From contig OZ365113.1 of the NCBI GenBank assembly GCA_977030845.1, positions 20,832,001-20,896,000 on the forward strand: a DNA stretch of 64,000 nucleotides, in the 5' to 3' direction. Below the pieces are notes generated by a model. The model was not told the DNA's origin and did no database searches. It saw only the letters and a program-made list of their open reading frames with translations. Shown here piece by piece: positions 13,386 to 25,300 of this stretch. The position numbers and the translations under genes were made by a program. This DNA is from Fimbriosthenelais zetlandica (Eukaryota). The stretch's first letter is position 1; the number at the start of each line of letters is the position of its first letter.

Positions 13386-15496
13386 AGCTCTTCAGTTACT
13401 CATTTGTCAAGTTTCAAAAGTTTGTTATTACACCATTTGAGATTAATAACTTATAGGATAAAAGTAGAATCTAAACGATAGAACTTATTTTTAAATCTAG
13501 TTTAACCGAATTGGTAAGTCTAACTGCAACCTTTCAAGCCTTTCAACCAGTGCCTTTCAAGAGTTGAAATCCAATGTTTCAGCGATAAATAGCTCAAATA
13601 CTAATGAGTGGAAGCAAAGGACATTCTGGGCGAGTCTAATTATCACAGTAATTGAAACTAAATCATGGTCTTTGTGAAGTTAGAGACTAATGGATTCCAG
13701 TGACAAGAATACCAATGAAGGATTTTGTCCAAAACTTCAATGATGCAATATATGTGATGAATGGGTGGTAGATATGCAAAGTCAAAAGACGATTTAGGCT
13801 ACTTCATCAACAATTAATAGTGGCCAAACCTACTCCGGGACTTCCTGAGCTCAGTTAACTTAAAGCACCAACAAAGCCACTCTAAGCCTGATACCCTTAA
13901 TAGGATGGTAATATTCAAAGAATGTCGTCAATATCACCAATGTAGTCAATATCACCAATGCTAATTCCATTACGCAGCTGGAGATTCAATGTGAATTCTG
14001 TTCGCGATAGAAACTCTAACGAATCCAAGTATTGCATTATGTCTGATTTCAATGGCAATGAATCAAAGGAATGATTATTGTATCAATTTTGTTGAAAGAG
14101 TATTAGATTAATTGATCATTTCAATCGAGAATGTCCTCCTGGTATTTCGAAGGATTATCGATGGGGATTTATCGATAGCTGAGGAGCTGCTTGGAGATAT
14201 TAAAAGCATTTGTTACTTAACCAGCCTTAATATCGACAATGTAATAAGTTCTCTCTCTTCTCCAAAGGCAGAATCTGAGGAGGCCTGTCTTTGATAAGAA
14301 GAAATCAAAAGGTTGTATCCATGGCTCTTTAGAGACACAAGAATCCTTCATGGTCATATCTCACAAACTAGTCTCATGACAGCGTTCCTCTTCCCTTTCT
14401 AAAGTTTTGAAACTTATCTTATCTACCTCGTTTGAATCAAGTGAATTGAATAGAGAAAAAGATTAAATGTAAACTTTGAAAAAAAAATCATCGAGAGAAG
14501 CATTCTATTCACCATTTGTATTAAAAAATACATATAGAAATACATATAAAAATACATATAAAAATACAAACATATTAGATATGTAAAGGATGTGATGCAA
14601 AATGTGGATAAAGTGAAATATAGTTGGGGCAGTGGTCAGGGGTGGGTATGGGGGTGTGGTGGGTGGAGTGGGGTGAGACAAGGTAGAATGTCTGTGTGGA
14701 GAAGTATAGCGAGGAGATAATTGATGGGGACATGAGCAAATGGTGGTGACTTGTATAAAACATAACAGTCATCAGACAAGCGTCAGTCAGCATTACATCC
14801 AGCCACTCGCCTATATATGCCGGGGCCAATTCTTCGCCACCCATTCTCCTTCACTCTTCATGTCTATTGAATAACATGGCATTAGTGCTCCTTAGACCAT
14901 AGAATCTACAGCAGGCCTCTGTGAAAAACCCTCATCTGTAATCTATTATATATAATGTATGCCTAAATATAATCATTTCGTATAATGTAAATATACATAA
15001 TACTATGCTTAGATAAAACTAAGCTTTCATTGTTCTTGGCAGATGAACACTGAACCACAAAGCTACAAAAGATAAAAGAGACACTCACAGCCATTAATGT
15101 TTGAAAAGCCTTAAGTGATTTTTTCTTTCTCGTCCCACAACTAAGGTTACAGGAGATTGGCAGCTTTGGCGGGCGTGATGATTCTGAGGTTTTAGTCAGT
15201 GATGATGGAGTATGGGGAGGTACGCGGGGTGCCACCAGAAGCTTTCTCTTCCTTTCCTCAGACAAAAAAAAATGTCACCGCCCTGAAAATGTCACTTAGC
15301 GGTCACTCCTCCATCATCGGACATACATTAACATGGCAGAGTGAGGATGGATGGTGTGTGCAAACGTCACGGACATGGCACTTATGACACAAATTATAGA
15401 CATTTTAGCCACCAATTACTCGGTTTCTTTTGTAATATATATTACCCATGAGCTAGATCTTCAAAGCCAATAACAGTTGAGTAGTCATGTAGACTA

Positions 15497-15661
15497 CCGG
15501 GTTCCCAGAAATTCGTGAAAACAGAATTCCCTGAGTTTTCCCTGATTTTTTTTGCCCGAGTAAGCCCATAAATTCCCCGATTTTTCCAGTTTTTCTCAAA
15601 TTCCCTGATTTTTCCCTGTTTGAAAAAAATGAAACTCGTTTTCCAGTCACCGGGAACCCTG
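15497..15661. mobile_element. 165-bp MITE with C(A/C)GGGTTCCC TIRs and 5-bp TSD (hAT-like or unclassified)
   Basis: Left end ccgggttccc, right end gggaaccctg; GACTA on both flanks (15492-15496, 15662-15666); internal ttccctga repeats. Confidence 0.75.
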
Positions 15662-18600
15662 GACTAGTTCTACCGCCAGCATTGAATATATACAGGACGA
15701 AAATACTAGTCTCTTCAATGGCCTTTTTCAAAAAACAGCTTGCATATCGTGTTCACATGCAATGGCTGGTGGAGCTAAGTGGGGAGTGGGGAAACAACAT
15801 GATCTGCCAGCTGTGTGGCCCACATCAAGCTTCACACCATGTGCGGGAGGTCAGGAGTTAAACATCCGGCCAAGGAGCTATTAATAGACTAAGAGCAGCT
15901 CACGGAGACGTCTGTCACGCAATTCCCCAGTCTTTCATTAGCTACGGTTGCGGCTATTAAAAGCCTATCTGTAAAATCAGGTTGTAGGCCGGGTGCAACA
16001 GGTATTTTTCAAAAATCAATTCCTGCGTCAGTATGGAATTTTGATCGTATATAGAATCAGGAATGAAGTTATTTTAATTATGGCAATTCATGCAGATAAA
16101 ACCGTTTACATCCAGTCTTTTACATGTTGGGTAAAACATGGACGATTGGAATAGTTACTTAATAGCCATACCAAATGATTATGTCAACAGTCGATCCACA
16201 TTATTATTCACTTTTTCAGTTTGTTTGCTCCCTTCTGTGCACGGATGTTTAAAAGCATTTGTTGGAATACAAAAACTAATGACCACACCGAGACAAGAAC
16301 AACTATATACACTTCATGAGGGAAAAATATTGTTCTTCCTCTTGCCGAGTATATGGAAACGATTTCATTTTGCAAGCTCCAAGTATGATGACTGTTCAGG
16401 TTTCATCTACACCATTTCCACTTTACATGAATTTCCTTTCAGGGATGAAAAATGCAGAGAGAGAGATTCAGTGATTTCTCAGAGGATCTCCGTCTGTCGA
16501 AGCCTTATATGTGGAGGTCGTCAAGCCACTTAAGGACATACACGACTCAGCTTTATTAGCAGACGGCGAGAGAACTCTTAAAAGTGACAAATGATGTACA
16601 CACAATACATCTTAGAGGATTCCCTCGATGCGATCCGCTTTAATTAACTTTGGCTATAAGTAAAAATTAACCCATTTTGTCAGAAAAGTTGCTGAGTCGG
16701 CGAAAGTCGAACTTAGTATGTATGACTTGGCAGATGACGAGTCTGAAGGGAGAGACGTTTCATGCCAAAAGGTCAGATGGCAGAATGTTATGAGCGTTGC
16801 GTGAGATGGCAGACAATGTATATATATAATATACATGTATTCTAATCAAATGCCAGAAAATCTCTGTTATACCTAGACAGGCATATGATCACATATAAAT
16901 GTGAGTTGGCCTTAACATTAGAGTCTGTGATATCTTATATGTCCCTGTCCGACAGCAATGGAAAATATCTTGTGATTAAGCATTAATAGTATGGCAACGG
17001 TAAGTAATGGATAGTTTCCACAAAGAAGTGTCCAAATCCATAACAAATGGCAAATAGGATTTCCATGCACTCTAAACTGAATTAAACTGATTAAATTGAT
17101 AGCATAAGTGAAATTAGGGGAAATAATTAGGAAGGTGTATAGTTGAAATTTCAACCATTTGTTTTTCCCATTTAAGATCTGACCAAACAGCTTTTCAATT
17201 TTAAGCAGACCCTAAAGGAAATATCACTTATGAGTTCATATTGAGGCAGTCAATGAACAGAAATTTCAGCCACGATCTGTGTATCAGATTCAATATTTAA
17301 AACCAGGCAAAGAACTCCCCAGATAAGCTCAGATGCATTCAAATTGGCGACAAATATTTGCTCTTGCTTATGAAAGAATGTATTTCACCACTGGCTTCAT
17401 TGAGTTTTCAAAAAGGCCTGTCAGCTTGTACCCAGGTCCCAGACAGCAATCACTTAGGTGCTAATCATCTGCACTTTATTCCATAACAGTGCATGCGGCT
17501 TGAAAAAGCAATAAAATATGGCGACAAGTGCGATGGCTTCCCAGCTAAGTGCCTCAAGTAACCATGCCCAGTCACTGTGTGCAGTGAGCACAAATACCAA
17601 TATTGAAACGACAAGGTGAGATGTCCCAACAACTGATCCAGTAATAGTACCTGTATATACAAACAGGTGGCAGTCTTGGTCTAGACTGATAGGTTCTGAT
17701 AAGCAATGGCTTGACTGATCCACTGAATGCTGATTCTTATCAGACTGAGCAATGAAAATGCATACAATAGCCAAATCAATTTACAATTGACACAACCAGA
17801 CTCAGGGAAATAAATTTAAAGGATTCAAGAATGCGGAGATGTAACAATGATCATAAGGTAGTTGAAGCTGTGAAAAAGTCTTGAACCTTCTGAAATGAAA
17901 ATCATGAGGGTGGGCGTCTGGGGGACAAATAAGGAAGCAGCCACACAATCAGATGAAAAACAGGTGAAGAAGAGAGCCTGATTGTGTGACCAGAACTTCA
18001 GACATGAAATGCCTTGCTCAGTGATTTCAGACAGAACAGCTGTCTTCAAATCTGCTGGATCGGCCAAAGGATAATGAAATTATGTTGCAAATCCTCCTGA
18101 ATCTCACCTAATGATCTAAATAAATGGTTGTTTCAATGCTCAGGTGGGCGGAGAATTGTTCTCAATTAGATGTGTCCATTAGTGGCTTCAGGCTCAATCT
18201 AAGGCCATTCAAAAGTGACTGTCTCCACCAAAGTAGGGCGACCTGGTTGTGCTCAGCATCATCAAATCAAAGGTAATTGCATCAAGTCTGACCTATACGA
18301 AAACTGTCTGTAAAGAAGAGGGAAAATACAGGGCGAAAACATGGCATCTTGAAACTAACTGTCATTTCTTCCTGATATTTTAAATATACAAATGTATGTA
18401 TATTGTGATCTGTTTGTAAGCAAACAAAATAAATAGTTTCTCGCTGGAGAGGCTCGATTTGGAAGACAATCTTGCTTTCTTCATGTGATCCAAAAACGAC
18501 TATTATTTGTAATTTCAGTGGGGATGCAGTGAGGCTAAGAGTTTGCACAAACAGGAGGCGATTACTGTTGCAGTTGGGTGGGGACCTGAAGCCACATATC

Positions 18601-19530
18601 CGCCTCCTTTCAAAGTGGCTTCAAGCATGGCTTCCATTGTGTTTCCTTCCGGCCCCTCACACTGTGAGCCCCCTACTACCAGGGGCTTCCGACTTTACTC
18701 AGGAGGGGGACATTCAGTCCACAAATACAAGCAACCAACTCCATCCACTCATACAAAAATCACTAGCTCCTCATCTTCAATAATGACTTTTATCAACGTA
18801 TCTATTATAATGGTCCCAGGCTAACACAATAGAAGCAGCTCCTTATTCAAGTCCTATATAGGCATGACCTTTGCTCCTTTACATAAGATGCCATAAAGAA
18901 GAAACATGCACTGAAGCTCTACTGGATATATTTCCAACATCTATCCAACTCTTCCCAGTAAAGTGGAAATAAGACATTTCCATAACGTCGCTATATGAAA
19001 GCAAGTCATTCATGATTTTGCTCATTCCCATGAGGTATCAGGAGAAACATAAAAACTTCAAGACTACGAAGGATCTATCAATTAGCCGTTGCTACGCCAA
19101 TTTCTGGCAATCCCTCACTGCAACAATTCTGCTAATAAGGATGGGGATACATTTTTGAACGTTCACTGTCTGCCATCAAAATCTCTTGGTACTAATTATG
19201 TGGCTGGCCATGCTCCCATAGATGCAACAATTAGGCATAGTTCATACTGGGAAAAGTGAACGGTACTCCTTTAAGACTTTCTTATAATGTGCTATATGTT
19301 AGCAAGAGAGCATTGCGTCTTCAAGTACTGAAAACACACGGGTTATAGCATGTACAAGATGATGGCCACAGAAGACCAGCAAACGAGTCCTTCGGAGATT
19401 ATTAGGACTTTTCAAAGAATGCTATGTCACGCATGGAAATGTCAATTTATATTTAGCATGGTATTTTATTCTCAACTGGAGAATAATCATAAAAATTGTT
19501 CTTTTACTTGACAGGTAGATCGAGACTTAC

Positions 19531-19604
19531 CTGTATACCATCAAGAATAGTTCAGAAAGGTGACCACTTACCTGTAAAAAAAAAAAAGAGAGTATATAAG
19601 TCAG
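19531..19604 (-). promoter_or_regulatory. Candidate recursive splice site with 41-nt cryptic RS-exon (19571-19531)
   Basis: Minus strand: CTGAC branch motif (19604-19600), ctctc plus T12 tract, ACAG|GTAAGT at 19572/19571, then a second CAG|GTAAGT donor at 19531/19530. Confidence 0.6.
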
Positions 19605-21027
19605 AATTCTTCATCCAAACTATAACAGATTTCATTTAAAAAAAGATCGGTAAGAAGAAACTCGGGAAGGAATTTCTTTCTCGATCTAGATAAAGTATAT
19701 ATGTACCACACGCTTCTCTTGGGCCTCTGGGGGATATTTGACCTTCGATGACACTGAATGACCTGGTTTGTCCAAACTTGGATTGGATTAGACCTTGTCC
19801 CATTGAAGATTGTTGTAAAGGTCAAGTGGTTACATGAGGGTGCAGTGTCTGGGGAAGGGGACTGGGAAAATGTGGTCCAAGAGGTGGGATATAATGTATT
19901 ATGCACGTCTGACTATAGGGTCAGTATAGAAGTAACATGGGGCCCAATGGTCATGGCTAGAATCATTGACACCTTGGTGTTTGTAGGACAATATGAATGG
20001 CCATGTGACAGTGCGGAAACCTGTTATTAAAGTTAAGGAAAACGGGTGGACAGTCATGCACAGAGCATGAACAACAACTGTTTAATAAATATTAAAATGA
20101 TAAATGTACATAATTGCTCTTATATTTTATATTTATAGGACAACCAGAAAAAAACATTCTTACAATGGTATCGGTTAATGTTAAGTTGCCCTGTTCAATT
20201 AAAAAACACAACAAAATGTCATAGCCCTGAACATTTAAATGAAGATTCTGGGATTATTGCAAAAATCTCCAATAACTCATGAAAGATGATTCAATGAACA
20301 CTTTTTCTTGTAGTATTACTTTTCTAACTTCCATTTGCAGATACGTGAAAACCGATGTGCTTTTACAGGAACATCCCAAAGGATATTTGTCCAGAGAGAA
20401 GCAAGGTAAAAGATACATAATATATCAGTAAGTCGGGCTTGTATAGGAATATATATAAGGCTATTTTGATGGATGTTTCGTTCCCATTTAGTCACACCTA
20501 AGGCGATCCTGGTGGGATGACACATAACTAGAGCGGAAGTAAGCCGGTCACCAGGCTCTGAGATGTGATTTAATATTTATAGCCAGGTATAAGACGGGCT
20601 GATTTTAAGCTATGGCCCAAGTCTTATTATACACTTATAATATATCTATAACCTAATATAGGCTCTTGCAACTAAGAGTTATCATATATTCAGTCCTCAA
20701 GTTATAATTACTTCAAATCAATTTGGTTTAGAAATCTTTTCATATTAAGAAACCAAAAATATCCCTCTTGGAAATCTAAAATATTGTAAAGGTGGCTTAA
20801 GTTGATATATTAATTGATGTGATGGTTATGTTTTTAATAATTGCGCGCCCATGGACCTTTAGGGTGGAAAAAAAGGCGGAGTGCATGGTGGAATGGAATG
20901 GAATGAGTCATGTATTCAGATACAAGTCTTTTCTTTGGCATATTATTCAGGCTGCATTGTATTTGAATCACATCCAAGGGGCCAAGGCAACAATTAAGAA
21001 GTGGTCTTTTTTGCCAGCCTGCATGTC

Positions 21028-21100
21028 CACCAGCCAATCAGAGGGCGGTGAGGGGTCACATGGGATATTGTAGCCAATAAAAAGGTCAGGGCTCACAGGT
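21028..21100 (+). promoter_or_regulatory. Promoter- or enhancer-like motif cluster
   Basis: Two AGCCAAT boxes about 40 bp apart, a GGGCGG between them and an AGGTCAgGGCTCA DR1-like pair. Motif evidence only. Confidence 0.25.
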
Positions 21101-21999
21101 CCCCTCCTGACTTGTCCATCAGCAAGTGGACAGGCAAAGCATCATAAAAACGGTGAACAAAAACAGAAAAATATCCACATCTGATCTAAATAAGGGAAAG
21201 CAATATTATGTCAACTCTGTATTTTACATGGCTTTTATACAGATTTAGCTTGATGGTGTGCTGAAAATTTCATTTTAAAGTACCAAGGTTATTGGGACTG
21301 AAATCCACCCAACATGTGCACCTTTGAAGTGCATGCCACACACATTGCACTCACACACACCTTGGGGAAGGCAGGTGGTGGCATTACGCATACAGCTTTT
21401 TTTTTGTACAGGGCAATCAAAATCTGAAAAAGAGACACCTTGAAGTGGTAGAGATAAAGAGGCCTCAGAAGAATAAAATATCTGAGGAAGAAGACAGAAC
21501 ACCCAAGACAAAGTCAACCGCCTCACTCTAAGTGCCTAAAGTATAAGGGCGGTGGAGCTCATTTTCAAAGTTGTATGGATTTAAGTAACAGATTAGGATT
21601 TCTCATGATTAAGATGGAAACGGCCCATGGTTTTAAATGACAGATGGCTGAGTAGAATTTTCTTTAATCATCTGGCTGGGAGGGGGGAAATCCATCTCCC
21701 ACGTGTATATTTATTAAATACGTACTGCCGTCCACAGCTCAGAGTATTTTCCTTATTCTCTATCATTTCCCTGACTCCATACATTGTAATATTAATATTA
21801 CAATGAGAGGCATGATAGAGGGGATGGTTTCCTCTTCGAATCGTTCATGAAAAAATAATAGCATAATCCACACTCAACATGGTAATGACCTAGGTTGAAA
21901 AATACCTATTTTTACTCCAGTTTCAACTAGAATCAGGCAATCCCACCATACATGGCCATTCATGGTCACAAAGGTCCATAGCTTGTCGTGAAGCTCATC

Positions 22000-22268
22000 T
22001 GATACTTATCCTCGTAAAATCTACAATTTCCGTTTTTTGTGGATTAATTTGGGGTGGTATTTAGATAACCGGAGCCAATAAAAGTATATTAGAAAGTGAA
22101 AATCAAATATCAGATACAGGCAATTATGTATATTTGATACTTATCCTCGTAAAATCTACAATTTCCTTTTTTTGCGGTTTAATTTGGGGTGATATTTAGA
22201 TACCGGGGGCCAATAAAAGTATATTAGAAAGTGAAAAACAAATATCAGATACAGTCAATTATGTACAT
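22000..22268. repeat. 135-bp tandem duplication (2 copies, highly similar)
   Basis: tgatacttatcctcgtaaaatctacaatttcc...aaatatcagatacag(g/t)caattatgta starts at 22000 and at 22135. Confidence 0.95.
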
Positions 22269-22293
22269 AAAAACACTTCAGGGATAGAAGATA

Positions 22294-22369
22294 TAGTCCA
22301 GACGCCTGACCTGGGATGTATACCCGATGGCAATGGCCTCAGACATATCTGGCCAGGCTGTCTAGACCA
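22294..22369. repeat. Short imperfect inverted-repeat element
   Basis: tagtccagacgcctgacc (22294-22311) pairs imperfectly with ggccaggctgtctagacca (22351-22369). Confidence 0.4.
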
Positions 22370-25093
22370 AGCGAGGAAAGGCATTGTGACTGTGACAGAA
22401 GAATGTGACAATAGCAGTCAGGAATTTTAATTTACATGTACATGGACAGCAGTTTGCCGAGCCAATATGACATGTATATTGGTGATATATGATGGGCTGT
22501 TTTATAGACTTCATTATCATCACATTTTGGAGACTCAAAAATCAGGGCAAACAAGCGTCACATGGACGGGAGACTTCTGATGATGACAATGAACACAAAG
22601 CAAGGCTAGAAACAACACATGCTTGGATCCCATCCAACATCATCCCACAAAGTCAAGGGTAAATAGTAGTAGGCTGCCAAACATGTACAGATAACATTGG
22701 CAATAATATATAAAACCTATAATGCCGATAGAAAAATGAAAAATGTAACATCCCAGTGCCCTGGAAGAAATATGTATGATTCTTAATAGGGCTTGAACCT
22801 TTAGATCGAGAAGACACTTTCGAAAGCAAAGAGAGGGATGGGGGATAGGAAGAGACGGTGAATGATGGAACATGGACAAATCCAGATGGAGAGAGAGGGG
22901 GGGGGGGGAGGGGGAGGGGGAGGGCCAACCACCTTTGTCAATCAGACCTTCCTTGCATCACGTCAACTTGTTTACTCTGACCTAACAGTAGCTGCTATCA
23001 GTTCGCCCACTATACAATATCAGCTGTCCAATTCAAGATATATTATTACGGCGTATCACTATCATCCGCCAAATATCTATATCCATATAATGAACAAAAT
23101 GCACAAATATCAAATTACATGGCAAGCTTATTATATGGCAACTACAAAGTATGAATTTACTTTGCCCTTTACCTTTCCTGACCGTTTTTTTCCATTTTTT
23201 TCATTTTGAAAAAAAATAGACAGAAAATACTCAAGAAAATAAAACAATTTTTCCAGGAACATGACCGAGTTTGTGAAAGCGATCTAAGTAAGGTAAGCCA
23301 TTGACGGTCATGCTATATGTACCTGAACTCAGGTGATCAATGGCTGAAATTGTAGCTTCAGAAGTTTGTGATGAAAGTCAGTCTGAAATGAAATCTGAGC
23401 CGTCATATATCTCAGAGCGTTTTTATGTTGTCTGTAATCTATACTGCAGGCCATGATCCTGCGCACACAATGATCAGCTGGCAGGAAGGGTTTGATATTA
23501 CCATTGACAGTATAGGCCAGCACATGCATCAAGCTTTTTCCTGCATTCACAAGATGTAAACAGCTCCAAATATACCCTTAAAGGCTTTGATTTCTAAAAT
23601 ATTTTCCAACATTTAATTGAAAACTAGACCACCTCCAGACAAACAAGTATTTAGGTTACATGCGCAGAATAGAAATTGAAAGAATTGAATGAATGCAATA
23701 TCAGAATTCCTATCTGTAATATAAGCCCTTCACAGCGACTTCCCGGGAGGCCTGGATTTCAGAGGCATTTCCATATACTACAGACGTCAGTGTAGCCTGA
23801 ATAGATGCAGCATTTCCACATACTACTCACTTTCAGTAAACAGGAACATAACTCTCAGTACTGCATATGACTCCATCATGCTGTCTGGCATAACAGGTTA
23901 TATGTCAATGCACTCTTTATGTGACTTTCAGAAACTAATATCACCAGTTATGTGAATAAACAGAATAATCAAACTGGAAGCAAAACAAACAATAATGAAA
24001 AAAGTAAGAGGGGAGTGGAGACACCTTGAGGAACTTCATTAATGCAGACTATTTGAGTAGTGATCGGATATAACATGACATGTTTGATAAATGTCACTCC
24101 AGTAATTGTATCCACACCCATGGACAATAATTGAACAGATTGCTTCTATAATTAATTCAATTTCACAGGTGGTCGTAATCTGCCTGGCTTTTTGGAGGCC
24201 TATTAGGCCACTGAACGACATGGCAAAAGTGAAAGACTATGATTTGTGATGTAGCCATGAGAAAGTATATCTGATATATTGGGATATTACTAGGGAAATG
24301 TTCTTAGGGCCAATGGTGAAGTTCAATTCATTTTACAATCCCGATTTCACTCACCCAATACCATTACTCCACCTTTGAGTACTTCTACGATGCATTAATC
24401 AAGGGATACTTCAGAAAAGTCCATTAATTAAACTTCTGTCTTAAGCGTTTGATTTGTTAGCCGACACCATGATAACAAGCACTAGACACATGATCTTCAA
24501 GAAACTACATCTATCATTTTTATTATTTATACCTCTCCCTCTAGCTTATATAAAGATTAGACTGCCTTTCAATGAAAAGACTTTGATAAGGCAAGTAAAA
24601 GGATCTGTTATCAGTAAGATAGTAAAGAGTGGCTCTTTCATACCTGGATTAGACCTCCTATCACATAATATCACATAGAATACACAGAAGACTAGATACA
24701 AGCTCCCATTACGCCATGACATTGTGATCATCCATCCCAGGCCTTTATGTGCATTATCTTTTTCCTGGTAAAGAGTTCTTCTATCAAAACTAACGTTAAT
24801 ATTCCTTGCTAAAACATCATTCGTATACTTTTTCGATGGACCCTTTCATTTTAAAATCTGGGAGAGTGAGGCAAAAACATGGAGTGATAACTTTTCAATG
24901 GAGGCACAATGCATGGGAAATGAATCAGGCTTGAGACATGTTAGTGCTAGTTGGGCATTCAGGTTTATGCGTAAAAGATGAATATTATTATTCACATAGC
25001 GTTTGAATCGGGCCGGGGGTATTTGAGAAGTTTGAGTAGGTTTAATATTTCTTGGTTTTAGTAGGTGTTTAATATCTCAAGGTTCCTCTGTTA

Positions 25094-25300
25094 GGGCCCA
25101 TCTCCACTGCTGCGATATTGCTAGCGACACTACTGCGACAAAGGTGATGCTTGTGTCGCAATGAAAAAAAAATCCACTTGAGGATGGCCATAAGGTCTTG
25201 GTCACCTCAACTACAATTTTTAAATTTCATTGCAAGACAAACATTGATCAGTTGTCGCAGTAGTGTCGCTAGTAAAATCGCAGCAGTGGAGAAGGAGACC
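25094..25300. mobile_element. Foldback MITE, PIF/Harbinger-like
   Basis: 41-bp inverted repeats at 25101-25141 and 25252-25292 with 2 mismatches, plus an inner IR (ttgtgtcgcaatgaaa / tttcattgcaagacaa). Left end TTA|GGGCCC; right terminus degenerate. Confidence 0.75.

Noticed and set aside
22640-22879. Hydrophobic ORF (...SIGIIGFIYY...) as a downstream synaptophysin exon
   Set aside because: Lacks the GDxSSxAEFFV-type motif and convincing splice sites.
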